From Zancudomyces culisetae HAW-14-8 (Eukaryota; Fungi; Kickxellomycota): 64,000 bases of DNA. The DNA lies in contig JBNJNM010000014.1 in NCBI GenBank assembly GCA_052426225.1, positions 372,001 to 436,000 of the forward strand. The letters are read 5' to 3'. The notes under the pieces were generated by a model. It worked only from the letters and a program-made list of their open reading frames with translations, searched no databases and had not been told where the DNA came from. A program made the translations under genes and the position numbers. Of this stretch, positions 49,303-62,669 are shown one piece after another. How positions within the stretch are numbered: the first letter of the stretch is position 1; each line of letters starts with the position of its first letter.

Positions 49303-51922
49303 TTAGACTATATCTAGGTTCTCCGGAGGAAGTTTGTCCACAGTTCTGGAGGATACCGCAAAAGGCAGGGGAATGTCTAACGTCGCTCTGAAGCGACCAC
49401 AATTGTTGACCTGCTCGTTTTCTAGGCGGAAAAAGCACCATTGATACCGTCTGAGTGCCTCGACAAAAGCCAATATATGTCGTAAATAAATACTTTTAGG
49501 GAATACGTAATACGGTAAAAGCCATATCGAAAACCTCAACAAAGGGTTGGAAATGAGTGCAATATAATAAGGAATCAATGATCGATATTTTAGCTCTCTC
49601 CGCAAAAATAAATGCGGCGAGTCTGATTCAAAAAAACCCCAGTCCATGTACAAATCCCAATAAATAGAGTAACAGGTGGATATAACGTGCGCAGAGAGTA
49701 GTACCGCGGGTGGAACAGTATCAAAATAGCGTAACCAGATTGTGGCATAGTTGGCAAAGTACTTTAAAGCGTTTGCAATGTGCGGGAAGGCCTCTGAGGA
49801 ATCGCGATAACGGCGTATGCATTGAATAAAACGTATAAGATGCGGAAGTGACATTAGCAAATACGAACCGACATTATGAGTAGACAAGCATTTGTCTCCG
49901 ACATTGGTCCAATTCAGCGAAGATCCACATCCTATGAGATAAAATATATTCATAGAGTAACTTAAGCTACACATTATATCGGCCAGAAAAAAGTCTCTAA
50001 ACTCCACTGTATAAAATCCAGGCAGCAGTATTCGTTTCTAAATTAAAATAATATTTGATTCATAAAATGGGTTAGTGTTAACATCGTATCCTTGAGCCCT
50101 ATACTTGATGGTTTTGTTATACCCTCATAAAATTATTTTGATTTTTTTTTAGCAAAATTTTGTACTAGTATATTGGAACACTTACAAGTGATATCAGCAA
50201 CCATCTCCGCGAAGACCAGTATAACAGATTTAACGGAAGGAATAAAAATGTCAATAGAAGGACAAGTAGCGATAAAACCATAATGTTGGGATTTGGAAGA
50301 TATGGCGAAATCAATAGGTTTGTGTAAACTACGCCCAACACGAAAAGTAGAAGCGAGGAACATATCTTGAAAAATTGCCAAGGTGAAAGATTATCGCGTG
50401 GATCAAAAATAAAGATAAACTTGTAGTTGATTCGCGCCCTAAACCAGGCAAGCATGTTTACGGATGTGAGTACAAAGTAAAACAGTACCAAGAATAAGCA
50501 GTAATAAATCTGTAGTACAATTGTCAGGTTTTCTGGAATTTTCTCACTCAAACACATGTAGAGTATTTGGGCTAGCAGAGGTATTGATAGCCCAACATTA
50601 AACCCACTTTTAAATATGCTTTCTCGATGTACACTGTACACATTCAGTGGCATACGAAGTTCTGTTTTTGCTTGTTGAAGCGATCCGTTAGAAAAATTAA
50701 TTCTATACAGGTTTTCGACGCCCCGAAGCATCTCCTCCAGTTTGGGCGACTTTTCAAAGTAATTAGAATTTAAAATATTCAAGTAGTAGTCTGCCCCGTT
50801 ATTCCAGTTTGTCGTTTTTCTGTATTTTTTCATTATTTTCACTATTCCCGTATGGTTCAATATCCTATAGTTTTTAAGCATCTCCATCCCCCTGTGTACC
50901 TCCAACGTTGCCTTTTTCAACTTTTGAAATGCACGTGTTACACTCACGTCGGTTTTTTGCTTGGCTTCTTCATTGTTTTCCTTTTCGCTGACCTTCAACG
51001 CTTCCTCTATCATGCTTTTAATTGTCCATAATACCTTCTTTCCTTTTGAAAACTCCAAACTTTTTTTCTTCTCAGAGCCTAGTGCTTTACTGAAGGCATT
51101 TTCTTGAATTTTATGCCTGAGGATTTCCAGCTGGTTACATATCGCCACAAATCTGGTGTAAAACAATTCTTCCTTCTCGCGATAAAACGAGTTGATTTTT
51201 TGCAATTCCTCGTTGACTAACCTAAAGAACTCCTGTTCCCCAAGGCTTCTCATATCTAGTGCATTGTAAAACATCTCCTCGCTAGCATACATTTTATAAA
51301 CATGCTCCGGACTATATCTAGTAGAGTTTTTCTTTATCACTACCACCGCTTCGTCCCTTTTTCCGGAGGTTGCATTTTTTTCGCTCATAGAATTTATTCT
51401 CCGCCTTACACCGTCTTTTGCTGGCTCGAGTTCGCCTACAACAGCGCTAGATACACCTGACGTGCTGGTGTTACCCATTTGGTTCTCCTTGGCAAGGTTT
51501 TCACGGCTATGAATTCTTCTCCCCCCAAACGATCTCTCTAAATCTCTTGGAAGAGAAGCTGAAACATTGCTCTCCTCCCGATGTAACCATGCTTCATACT
51601 CGTTGCTGCCCTTTACATCCGGAACTTCCGACAAGAACCCGTGTCCATGTATATGTTGAGTGCTTTGATAGGTCTTTGATGGCTTCGCTGTGTTCATAAG
51701 GTAATTCCCTCTGGTTCCTTGAATACTACTGTTCTCCCCTCCCACTCTATGTGATCCATACTCCAATTCTAAGCCTATGGGTAAAATGGGGACACTCTCC
51801 CCCGTGAGATCTTTTTTGGTGGCAGTTATTCTCTTTAAGCATTTCTTTAGTAGTTTGTAATTCAAATACTTTGTATGCCACTCGGGGACTGCCTCTGATT
51901 CGATATATTTTCCAAACTTCAT
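49303..51922 (-). CDS. SYG1: SPX-EXS protein (Syg1/XPR1/PHO1 phosphate-exporter family), intron 50038-50185
   Basis: MKFGKY...PEW...YLNYKLLKK (SPX), LKNYRILNHTGIVKIMKKY, EFRDFFLAD, RFIQCIRRY, WDLYMDWG, EALRRYQWCFFRLENE (EXS). Confidence 0.95.
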
Positions 51923-54138
51923 TCTGTTTTTGCTTTGACTGTTGTCTTTTCACCTTTGTTAAGTACAGGAAATAATTTTGTGTCACAACTAGTGATAGTA
52001 TCAAGCAACACTATCACCCAGACCTCCTATTGTTACGTTGTTCTATTACCCGACTGATATTGTCTCGTTCAGTCGTTTCTAGGCATGATTTTATTTCTGA
52101 ATTAACGGTTGAAACAAACCTGTTAATATCCCTTTTTATACTTTTATTAGAACATGGTTAGCGACCCTCCAAAACCTGTGATGAGTTTTTCTGACCTTTC
52201 TCCCTCTTTGCTATTCCTCTCAAAATTACCGACTGTAACCCAGTTTTACGTAATACTGCCAGATTTTTGTATTTTTTTTTACAAATGACCTTCACAATAT
52301 TTTTTTTTGCGAAAAAATTTTATTTGCTTGACACAGATTGGCTCAGAATAATGAAATCCACAGGGTTAATAGTAAATCATATTAAATGGTATTGCCTAAT
52401 ATATTTTGAGATATTTAATTTCATTTTTTTTGGGGGGGGGGAGGGGAAAGGGCTGGAGGGGATTGAAGAGGCTGGGTAGTTTCTGGAATATTCATGACTT
52501 TGAATAATAACATCTCCCACTAGTATTGACCTTGCATAGGAGTTGTAATTAGATATTGGTCTTGATTCGAGAAATAACTGTACAGCGCTTATGTACTTTC
52601 TCTAAAATGCCAAAATCTTAGGGCCGGATGGACGCTTTGTGTTGTTAAATACATACCACAAAAGTGCCTCTTCTCAGTAATAATGTTATAGCGGTTTTTT
52701 GTGCACTAAAAAGCGCATATTGTGTGCAAACTTTCCTAGGTGAACCGCCAGAACTTATACCTATCCAGATCTCTATACTCGTGATCAAAAGTTAGATTGA
52801 TCATTTATATAGCTTATTTATTTTAAAGACCCAGTCAAAATTTGAACCTCAACAAAACGCTACTACTCTAAAGCATATGGGGAGGGAGGAGTAGCAAATA
52901 AAAGAGCATGTATCCTATTGTATTGATATTTCAGTTGAATTTTAATTGATTTAAGCGTTTCTGCTTTCCTCCAAGAGTGCAAATACTGTATTAGTACCAT
53001 CTGTCAATATTGTAACTGTTTAAAAGAAGAAAAGTTTAGTACTACTCCAGTGATATTGATGGTCGACAATCTAACAAAAACAATAAGAGTAATTATCTGT
53101 TTGTATGACGAGGTGAGTTGTTGGAATTTGGAATCACTAAAACTATGCTCATCACATCCCGTGATTTAACGATTTTTACGCTAGGTTAAATAATCGATAA
53201 AGCAGAAATAGAGTCCATCAAATCGCGAAGGAAATCATCTATTCTCTTTAGTGTATTTAGGCTCTTGATATAGTATGGTTATGTGTATTGATCTCTTATC
53301 AGCCTCGTTTTTCCTTGTTATATAAAAATAGAAGATAGCTATACAACTGCCGAGTAGTAAATAGCACAGCTGGGTTTTATTCTTTTGAACTAGTTCCGAA
53401 CATTTTGATTCATTGATAAACAAGACATTCATTTCATATTTTTGCATATTTTTCTGCAAAATGAATATATATTTCGACTTTAGTCTAGTTTATTGTTAAA
53501 ATGCAAGAAAGAAAAAAAAAACTTAATAACTTTGATTAGCTCGGATGTTTTTTGACACAGCAATCTCAAAGCTATAATGTAATAACACAAGAGCATAACA
53601 AAACTTCTGAATCATCCAAATAAACTCTTATTGTATTTTACTCTGGTACCTGTATTTTATCCATACAAGATTATATCATATTATCCTAATAGCCATATAT
53701 TGCCGGGTTACGGCTACACTTTCTTAGAAGCATTCAGAAATTTACATCATGATTTCTTGATTTGAATCAAATAACAATCAGTTTTATTGTAAGATACTGA
53801 TAAACATGCTTTGACAACTAATCTTCAATACCTTGACAGGTAATAGACCGATACTTTCAATTGTACTTCAGTTTTAAAACTACTGAATAAACTGTTACTT
53901 ATATTGTCTTTTATACATTAATTCTAAGAGCTATATTCGGCAAAGTGCAGCATAAGTTCTCTCAAAAATGCATTTTCACAATAAAAATGTTATATATAAA
54001 TACCAAGTTTGGTTTACCGATGCTTTCTCCATCTAAACTTCCTTTTATATTGCTATATACGCCCGGTTAGCTAAATTGGAATTTTTGTAAGAAGATATCA
54101 GCATTTGAAACCAAGCAACTACACCACAAAAAAAAAGG

Positions 54139-54531
54139 ATGCGCCTAATGAACCTTTCACTACTCAGCCTAACATCTCAGTTGTTGGTCACGGCTCATTG
54201 TGATAGACACACTCGCTCTCGCTTTAATCATGACGAATGGGAAAACCTTGGCAAAATATGCAATCCAAAGGTGAATCGCAACTGGAGTTGGGATGTCGCC
54301 CCAGATTATCTCTTTGTAAACTCGTTGCCTTGTAAGCCAAAATCGTTTGATGGTCAGAGGTTTGAGTACATGTATGTCTGTTTTAGAAGGTTTAGAAGAA
54401 AATGGCACAAGGATGAGAAATTCCGCGCGCATTGGGATAACTCCAAACACTTCCGTAGAAGACTGTTCAATGAAAGTCTTCAGCATTACTCATTTTACTT
54501 TTACAATCAAAATGATGTTGACCATCACTAG
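54139..54531 (+). CDS. Small secreted protein with an aromatic 10-residue repeat domain (paralog of 58908..59441)
   Basis: Signal-peptide-like N-terminus, A-rich ATG context, TATA-like TATATATAAATA near 53991. Ungapped similarity to the 58908 ORF (18/61 identities). Confidence 0.75.
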   Translation: MRLMNLSLLSLTSQLLVTAHCDRHTRSRFNHDEWENLGKICNPKVNRNWSWDVAPDYLFVNSLPCKPKSFDGQRFEYMYVCFRRFRRKWHKDEKFRAHWDNSKHFRRRLFNESLQHYSFYFYNQNDVDHH

Positions 54532-55049
54532 GCTCAGTTTTGTATCCGCTTTGGCTTATAAAGCGAAAATTACTGTAGTGAAGTTTTAGTGTTTAATCAG
54601 AGAGAAAGATAACGTGAAACGACAATTTACTTGTTTTATAAAATAAACATGTTCATGTCATGACCTAGTAACTTTTTTTTGAAGTTTTTAGGCAAGTTGA
54701 TCCCAGTCATTTTCATATAACCAAAGTAAATAATAAATATATGAATCATTATATATCAGTTTTTAAGGTGTTTTATATATAGATGGGCTCCAGTTTCTGT
54801 TAGCCTTCAGTATATCTGCTTTCATTTGGAAATTTGCATCATATTTTCTCGTTTTTTAAATCCTAGGCAAAAGTTTCAAAGATATAAATTATTTAAACTG
54901 AACCAACAAATTTTACTTAAATTAAAGCGGAATGATCAGTTGATTGCCTAAAATGGCTGAAAATATCAATTTACTCTTTGCACGTCATAGTATTATCAAG
55001 AATATATTATAATTCAATATTTGCATGTTGGTAAACTAACACACAAAAT

Positions 55050-57161
55050 ATGTTACTAAATCCGTGGCTGCGACAAAGGTCGGTCTATATAAACCCCATA
55101 CTAGGTCAACCTTTAAGGCGTATTTCAGATTTTACAAACTCGCGTTTTTCTAATCTCTTACCAGAAACATGGGTCATTTCGACAAAAAATACGGAATCAA
55201 TGCTGGCTGGCAAAAGTCTTGCCGAAAAAATAGGCCTCCCTACCGTAAATAAGATCATATCCCCTTCAAATTGTAAGAAAGTAGATACAAGAATATTTTT
55301 TTAAAGAGAAGGGGTAGTATATAAAAATTCTCCCCTCCCCATTCTTCGCAGTGGCTAATTCTTTTTGAATTGGAATTTCTTATAGTGAATAGATATCTTC
55401 CCTTTGCTCTTGGAAATTTGACTTCCAAAATATTTAACTCGACTGGGATAGGTGAGTAAACATTTTCCGCATAGCATTAATACTACTACGCACCAATATT
55501 GTTCTAATACCAATCACAAATTTCAAATTAGATTCAAAAGTTTCCAATTTTCCACGCTTTATCGTTGCTTCTGAAAACTTGGTAATCCCAGCCTGTCTTT
55601 TACTTAAAAAAATAAGCAAAAACCAATCCTTTTTGGGTAAGCCCGGTATATTTACTGTTCCCTTTTATGTGAACTGAGCTAATTTTGCAGTTTTTGCCTA
55701 CATTCAAACACACCAACCACCTTTGATGTAAATATATAGTTTTCAATGGAAAGCCAGAATGCTCGTTGAATAAATTCGACGCTGTGAGTTTAAGCTGGAT
55801 AGAAAAAATGGAATTAAGTAAGAATTGCACCGAACAGGCTTTTATGCGTTTGTCTTTCTATATCTTAATATCCTTAATTTATTTTATAGGAAAACTCGGT
55901 CCGTTTATGGCGGCAAGAAAAAACGTCTTTTCATCAGAGGTGAAGCTTTATTTATACTCTTTCATCGAGTGCTTGCTAACATTATATATATTTCGAATCT
56001 AACCGTACCAATAGCTGCCTATCTCTGCCTATTCCCCCGATGTCAAAGGTAAATCAAGAGAGGCTAGCAATAGTACTGGTATTCCAACTTCCCAGGCCGG
56101 AAAACATATGGCTGTATTCATCGACTCGTGCTGGCACCCAAGCGTTTATAAAATGAGTGTTGACGATGCAGAAAAGCTTGGAAAGGATCTAGAGGTAGGC
56201 GCTATACATCTAAAATAATATTACGTAACAATTTTTTTTAAGCGTCCATAGTAGAAGCATTTTGTTACACTGTTAAATGCTTTATCACATATTGATTTAG
56301 AAACTGGCAGGAGATTATGGTTTTAGTTTATCAGTCAGGTTTTCCAAGAACACGCCTTTACATGTATGATTTCCACACTATTTCTCAGATTTTCAATATA
56401 TGCCATCATGTGTACCATTTTTTATTGATAAAAGCTAGCAACTATTCATTTAATCAACTATTATATCCCGTGAAATAGCTAAAGAAAGTGGTAATGGGTT
56501 CCCTAACCAGGTAATTTGTTATTATATTTAAAGTAAATTAACACTTTTAACCACTAACTATTCGGTTCTTCATAGAATCAAAGCACAAAACAAGGGTTGC
56601 TCTATCGATTATTGGGACGAGGAACACCCAAATGAAGTGACTGATCCTTATGAGACATACCTATTTCGTGCCGATCACGTTCTTATAACCGCTGATGCTT
56701 TGAATACTCTATCTAACTCTCTATATCTAGGGTAAGTATTTCATTTTATTGAATATTTTTTTTGGGGGGAGGGGGGGGGAGGGTGAAGTTGGAGTTGGAG
56801 TTGGAGCTGGAGTTGGATTTTACAGATTAACCGTCTTTAACCTCCACACCAATGTTGGTATTGTATAATTCCGAAACGTATTAAAATAACCATTAGGAAA
56901 CCCACGTATATAATTAACCAAGAGTCTACATCCAAACTACTAAGAACATTATACGCCAATCTCAACGAAAAAAACTTTGTAAGAAGGTTTTATCTGGGTG
57001 GAAGTTTTGATTACATGCTGGACGGAAGTTTTGAGCTTAAAGCCGATATTTTGTCAACCACAAGCGAAGACAAGCCTTTTTCGTACTACTTAGATGCTAA
57101 TACTAATAGTGCACTTAAATTTTCCCAGTTTATTGCAAAGAAGTACAAGTCTTTTGCATAA
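55050..57161 (+). CDS. ELM1-like (Mito_fiss_Elm1 family) protein, 10 exons, about 405 aa
   Basis: Exons 55050-55272, 55386-55451, 55532-55636, 55740-55817, 55890-55939, 56015-56194, 56301-56363, 56479-56510, 56576-56731, 56897-57161 are all GT-AG and phase-compatible (1218 nt). Motifs WVIST...SLAEKIGLP, PRFIVAS...ACLLLKKIS, P...KFDAV, FSKNTP and WDEEHP...DPYETYLFRADHVLITAD...LGKPTYI parallel ELM1 motifs (SRRTP; NPY...ADA.VVTADS.SM.SEA..TGKPVYV). Confidence 0.8.
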
Positions 57162-58907
57162 ATCCCTTTATTTGAAAATTACATAGGATATTTCTATTAC
57201 TTTTGTTTTTTGGCAATTGTACGCCTAAAATACATGTACATAAACTACAAATAATGGGTACTCGGTTCTATTTTAATTTTGTTATCAGCCCAAGGCGAAT
57301 AAAAATACTATTAATAAGTCGATTCCGACGTAGCAACCCCGGTCATGTACTATTGTACAGGCTTTTTTATACAAGCACTTTTGTGCAGCCACATTAAACA
57401 TGTATGTGAATTTCTCTGTTGCTTGTTCTTTTTGTCTTTTTATAAAAACATGAACCCCCTATTCATTGTATCCAAATATATCATAGTAATTACGGCAACA
57501 CAATAAGTAATTCACCTTGTCAACTCTTTTTGGGGCGAGATATACAGAATACAGCATTACCCAAAACTTTATCTGATTATACAAAGGAAAAATGGTACAA
57601 AGTTGAATATATCGGCGCTGGCTGGTTCTTGCTACTGGTTTGCTTTGTGGGTTAATGATTGTTTTTTTAGTAGATACAGCATGTAGAGTGAGTGTAGTAT
57701 TCAGATGAGTTGATGGTGAATAATGGTCTTGGGAAAAAAAAACACCCCGCAATCTGGCTGTGGGGGGGTGTTATTGTACACATCTTTTTCTTTTTTCTTT
57801 TTTCTTTTTGCCTTTTGTTATGTTTTGACCAATAAAAGTCGCGTATTTGAATAATATGTAAAATAAATAAAGTACCAAAAATTGTTGAAAACTACCAGAA
57901 ATTATTGGTATTTCAGCGATTAACGAAAAAATCGGCGTATTATTTCTGGGGTATAATGAGATTTGTAAGCCGATCTCAATTATTAAACAAATACAATCAC
58001 AATTGTTATTACCATAATTAAGACACAAAATGTCCAAACACCTAATAACAATGCTAATATATTTGAGTGTTAAAGAGCTTGAAACTTGAGCAAAAGCGTA
58101 AACTTGCAACAGGACGCGCCCCCTTTTCCCCGTATAGATAGGTATTCGCAGCTGTACTATAAAACAAATAATGGCATTTTAAACAATATTGATATACACC
58201 CAAAATTATGTAGTGGTCATATAGCTATGAACCCCAATTATGCCATCAAAAAAGATCAACGTAATTACATATTGCCTATTGTTTGCAGAAGCCAAATTAA
58301 AATAATTTTCTTATACTCGGCCAAATTCGTTTTCAAAAAGGATGGGAAAAAAAGTATAATAAAACCATCATGGTAATGCATTCTATTATAGTAGATAACG
58401 CAAAATGGGATAATGTGCGCAAACGCTTGTTTTATTATTGATGGTTAAGAAGGTTAGGCAAAATATTGTTATAAATTTACGACTATAAGGAGTTCAAATT
58501 GAATTTTAAGGCATTTTGGTTGGGATAAAGGGAGGTGAGGTTGTTCCACATTGTTTGACTATTATTGTTTGATCTGATTGTCATTGAATTTTAACAAAGC
58601 TACTGAAGGCCGTGTAATTAAAATACTAGTAGATTTGTATAGAGGTTTGCACATTTTATCTTACGAAGCAACTCATTAACGGTGCAAATTACAATTAAAG
58701 TTCATATAGCTGTAGAGACCTTTAATAATATAAAAAAATATGGCAGGTGAAGGCAAAACACAAAAAGATATAAATAGACAAGTTTTATGACTTGAATAAC
58801 TAAAAATTAAGCATCAACATCTTAATAACAACATACATACACAAGCTTTTATCAAGTGTAAACTTTTGCAACATCTTCAATACGCAATTAAAATCAAATC
58901 ATTCAAA

Positions 58908-59441
58908 ATGAAAGTCTCAACACTATCACTTTTAACTCTCTTGAGCGTTGCATATGGCCAGGAGGAACGCAATGGGGAGAATGGTGAGGAAGGCGCTGTA
59001 ATGAATAAGAGAGCATGGGGAGGTAGCAGCAACAACAACAACAACAACAACTGGAGCCATAACAGACCAGGTAGTAGCAATAACAACAACAACAACAACA
59101 ACTGGAGCCATAACAGACCAGGTAATAACCATAACAACAACAACTGGAACAACAGACCAAATGGAGGTGGTTCAAGTTGGAATTGGGGATCTAGAAAAAT
59201 CAGAAACAAGTTCTACAGATATGGAAGATACTGGCAAATGAGCTCAAGACCTGATAACTACTTCATTTCCAGATTGAGATACAGACCATCAAATTACTAT
59301 GGCCAATACTTCCAGTACCTCTACACATATAACTCAAGCTTTAGAAAGAACTGGGACTACAGTCAATACTTCCGTAACCAATGGAATAGCAACCAAAACT
59401 TCTGTTATAACTGGATTGTAACTATTAACTTTAGCATGTAG
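58908..59441 (+). CDS. Secreted Asn-rich repeat protein with a Kex2-like site and a C-terminal aromatic 10-residue repeat domain
   Basis: Signal peptide MKVSTLSLLTLLSVAYG, acidic pro-segment, KR site, three G(S/N)..Nn W..NRP repeats, then the FRxxW domain. TATAAATA at 58769-58776. Confidence 0.85.
   Translation: MKVSTLSLLTLLSVAYGQEERNGENGEEGAVMNKRAWGGSSNNNNNNNWSHNRPGSSNNNNNNNNWSHNRPGNNHNNNNWNNRPNGGGSSWNWGSRKIRNKFYRYGRYWQMSSRPDNYFISRLRYRPSNYYGQYFQYLYTYNSSFRKNWDYSQYFRNQWNSNQNFCYNWIVTINFSM
59022..59159 (+). repeat. Intragenic tandem repeat with (AAC)n tracts, 3 units
   Basis: GGTAGYAGC(AAY)nTGGAGCCATAACAGACCA x2 plus a diverged third unit. Confidence 0.85.
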
Positions 59442-59846
59442 TTTTCTGCATTTTATGATTAGTATTTCTTTTTTGTCATGCAAAAAAAAGTTAAAAAAAA
59501 TAAAGTTTTGGATACCAAGGTGATCGGCCCATGCCTATGAATTATGAAAAATTTAAAAAGTTATAGTTGGATAAGAGCGAATGTTTAAGCACCTGAAGCA
59601 TTCTTGGTATATCAATTCATCCCTGTTACTGTCATATCCATCTAATTTCGTTAGTGGTTTAACTTTCCAAACTTAATTTTCACCACCACTGATTTTTGTT
59701 TAATTCAAAAAAAAATTATGCAATAAAATGACCACATATTTACAGTACTCGTTTTTTTTACCTTTTAAAAACTTGCGAAACAACGAGAAAATATATATAT
59801 ATAGGTAAATATATATATAGGGCCAAGTGAGCAGGGCATTCTAAAA

Positions 59847-61073
59847 ATGGATGAAAGAACTAGCTCGTTGGTTCTTAGAAAGTGTATAGCAATCATACTA
59901 AGCGAGATTGGTATAAATGCAATTGAGATTGAGGCTTTGAATTTTCTATGCATACTTGCCAGAGCGTGTAAGTTACTGCGTACTAGGTTTTTTTAGAGCC
60001 AACTATTTTATGGATATGCTACAAGAGTAGTGTGATTTGTTTTTTTTTATATAATTAGATATAGAGAGGGTATTTCACGATTCGCAATGTTTTGCTGAAG
60101 CGGGCGGAAGGTCTCGACCAAATCTGAACGACATACACAGCGGCATTATAAGATATGGAAAACTGAAAATCGATAAAAAAAATAGCAGATTCAAGGTGGA
60201 AATAGATGGTGAGTTTTCAGTTTGATTCGCAGACCAAAATCGCGTGTTTTTTTTATCCCAACATTTGTAAAAATGGACATATGAGAGAAGGGAAGGAGGA
60301 GAGAACCGATCTGCATAGCGTATTCTTATTTTGTCTTTATTAGAGATCAGGAAACTAGTGTAATACTGATACTAACGATTAAATGATGTTTTTTTTTGCA
60401 ACAAATACAGTGAAGGATTATCTGGACAAGAATTTCAGCACCAATCCGGATGTGGCACTTCGATCTATCATCACAGATAGCGAGGCAAATGGGAGGCATC
60501 GAGAGCTTTTGTGGGGCAAAAAAAGCAAACCGGCTCATGTTCCATCATATTTTCCTAGCTTTCCATCTGCACATACTTATAAATACACCGCGAACGCGGC
60601 TTTCGAGTTAAACTATGAGGACGAAAACGACAAATTTAAACAAAACGACCTTGATGCAGAAAACAAGAAGACTTTGGAAGAGAATATTATCGAGATAGCA
60701 TCGCAGCTTCTTTCGGTTAAAAGAAAGCGAATACTTGAGGAGAAGGATCACGATCAGGACGACGTGATGGTAGCAGAAAATGTAACAGAAGCTGTAAACG
60801 ACAAAAAACACGACATAAATGAATCCAGCGTACCTCCTGCTAAGAGTAAGCCTAAACACTGTTTTTTTATTTTATTTTTTGGTATCATTGTCTTGATTGA
60901 ATGTTTGTAAAAAAAAAATAGGGGCAAAATTGGAAACAAGAATCAACGACATTCTACCCAAAGAGCTACTAAGCACAGCGAATAAAGATCTTAGTATCAA
61001 GGCGATTGACACGTTGCAACGTTTGGAGCTTATGTTTATTCCAGCTAACTATCGGGCATCGTTGAAAGATTAG
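59847..61073 (+). CDS. TAF8: TFIID subunit TAF8 (histone-fold Bromo_TP plus TAF8_C), 4 exons
   Basis: Exons 59847-59967, 60059-60208, 60411-60845, 60922-61073. Motifs LRKCIAIILSEIG...FAEAGGRSRPNLNDI and HVPSYFPSFPSAHTYKYT. Confidence 0.85.
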
Positions 61074-61251
61074 TATTTATTAGAAAGTGCACATGTAACT
61101 GTATAAAACGAGTGAATCTGTACATTAGTTTAAATGTAGTTTTCGTTACTACCGATGCCAATATCAATACCAACATCAATACCAATACCAATACCAATAC
61201 TACTGGTATTATTTTTGTGGACACTACCGGTTTTATAGCACTATTAAGTCT

Positions 61252-62669
61252 TTATTTTTTGAAATACTTGTAACTTGGTGAGTTTTTTTGAAAGTTCTCG
61301 ATCTCGCTTTCCAGCTTTTTAACAAGTGTATGATCTTTTTCGAGATCCTCGTTCAATCTGTTTCTTTCTGTAATGAGCCTCTGCTCCCATTTACGAAATC
61401 TTTCCTCCTCCACCTTGACTTTTTTGGTGAATTCTTCCCTTAATCTTTCTTCATCCTCTCGGAATTTTTTGTTTTCCACTGTTTTCTGTTTTGGTTCGCC
61501 GATTTTTCTGGTTTTCAACTGCAGAGTTCTATACACATCGTAGTGAACTTCTTGGGTTGTGTTAATCAAGTCCAGCATATGTCCACCAATAAGCAAGCTG
61601 CGGAGTTTTTTGAAGTCGCTATGTTTATCACTTTCAACTTCTACAATACCCCATGGATACACACGTCCCTTTACTACTCGACCATCTCCGGCTATTACAT
61701 CCTGAGTCCCTCCAACTATTGCAAATGGGTACGCTGCAACTATATCCTTACTGGCCATTGCTGTCATTTCATCTTCACTTTCAATCTGAGGCGTATAGAT
61801 TCTTATATTGTGTACGGATATTGCGTCCATCACTTTTTTTTTGAATTCAAGTAGTGCAGACGGTCCCAAAGTATCTGCCTTGGAAATCACCGGTATGAGG
61901 TTCGAAACTCGACCTACTGCCTTCATAGCCTCAACATCCAATGCTTTCAACCCATGACCATTGGGTCTAATAAAATAAAGCGATACATGCACTCTCAAAT
62001 CCACCATACCACTACGAACCGGCTGCATTTCCTGCATCAAGTATTGCTCATATTGTCCCTCGATGAAATCAACTACTGGAACCCAGCAGTTTCTGTTGTC
62101 AACAAAGTCTCCAAACCCTGGCGTATCAACAACATTGAGCTTAACTTTGAAACCTTTTTCTTCCAAATCTATGCAAGTAATTTGCGGGTAGTATATTAGC
62201 TCTGATACTTTTTTTAAGGTCATTTGCTCTTTTATTATAATAGGATTGTAAGGACGAATTATATACACACTCTACCTGCTTTTCTTATGTTTATGTTTAC
62301 AGTTTTATCCAATTGCTTTTGGCGACAGAGCTGCTCATCCATTGGCGACTTGATCTCGGTTGTAAATAGGGTGTTGATAAATGTCGTCTTTCCTGTGCCT
62401 GACTCACCTATTGCGTTTAAGTTTTTATAACAAATCTATAAATATATCGGCAGGGATAAACTCCCATTGATGGGTAAAGAGTTACAGCCTGATGTAAAAA
62501 CATGAGACAGTATATTCACAAAATATAACGTACCGAAGACCAAGACAGTTAAACACACTCCCTTTTTGGTCACCAACTTTTTTAGCTGGTTTGGGAGTGT
62601 ATCGATACCTAGCAGCGACCCTCCGCTGGTCTCTTTTAACGAGGATGCAGCAGTAGCTTCGAATAACAT
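61252..62669 (-). CDS. CDC12: Septin, Cdc12/AspC-like, 3 exons
   Basis: Introns 62408-62533 and 62169-62275. Motifs GIDTLPNQ, GESGTGKTTFINTLF (P-loop), DTPGFGD, YLMQEMQP.R, SKAD, GRVYPWG, and a C-terminal coiled coil. Confidence 0.9.

Noticed and set aside
52000-54100. Short ORFs between SYG1 and the first secreted gene, and at 57200-58400
   Set aside because: No motifs or consistent exon structure; composition is typical of AT-rich intergenic DNA.
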